Positions 63,720 through 64,000 of a stretch of 64,000 nucleotides of DNA are shown in pieces (positions within the stretch are counted from its first letter, which is position 1; each line of letters starts with the position of its first letter). This DNA is from Mobula hypostoma. Taxonomy: Eukaryota. The notes below the pieces were generated by a model that was given only the letters and a program-made list of their open reading frames with translations, did not search any database and had not been told where the DNA came from. A program made the position numbers and the translations under genes. The DNA lies in contig NC_086097.1 in NCBI RefSeq assembly GCF_963921235.1, positions 77,378,001 to 77,442,000 on the forward strand. The letters run 5' to 3'.

Positions 63720-64000
63720 CAAGGATCGTCATCTTGTTGTGTTGGAGAGTCTTTTGAGTTCCTGAGATCCTTAGAGCGATGCCCTCTTGAGCTTAGCTCC
63801 TGGTAGGGTCAACCATGGTGGTAAGATCAAGAGGGAAGTCCCAGAAAAAGTGTTCCAACCAAGTCCTCAACGGTGGAACTGGTGGGAGAAGATGACACAT
63901 CATAATGGTAGTAAGGCAGAGGAAGGCTACAGCAGTGAAGAGTCCTCAGTTGTCTTGCATTCCATTCCACTGGACCCTGACTCGGATCCGTCAAGGATCT
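63720..64000 (+). mobile_element. RTE-clade (Expander-like) LINE 5' UTR relic, runs off the window
   Basis: catcttgttgtgttggagag..gctcctggtagggtcaaccatggtggtaagatcaagagggaagtcccaga resembles RTE 5' regions as I recall them. Confidence 0.5.

Overview
Eukaryotic, repeat-dense vertebrate DNA. The repeat repertoire suggests a cartilaginous fish, probably a ray (inference). I found no intact host gene, rRNA, tRNA or CRISPR array, so this looks like a large intron or intergenic region. Most long ORFs are decayed retrotransposon fragments or their antisense shadows. Content: CR1 LINEs (two near full-length, with Zn-finger/leucine-zipper + esterase ORF1 and EN-RT ORF2), Rex1/Babar and RTE LINE pieces, four solo LTRs with TG..CA ends and TSDs, a hAT-Charlie element, a mariner MITE, SINEs and two minisatellites, often deeply nested. 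The most striking system is a family of Penelope-like (Neptune-type GIY-YIG) elements that insert as inverted repeats carrying minimal hammerhead-ribozyme motifs. Two young copies (a 240-bp near-perfect palindrome at 22.8 kb and a 1.3-kb copy at 42.4 kb) each have a 16-bp TSD and end their short arm at the same point. Other notable points: CR1 ORF2 sits in frame behind the ORF1 stop without a conserved ATG, one CR1 has a tandem 169-bp 5' monomer, and there are a few candidate orphan exons.
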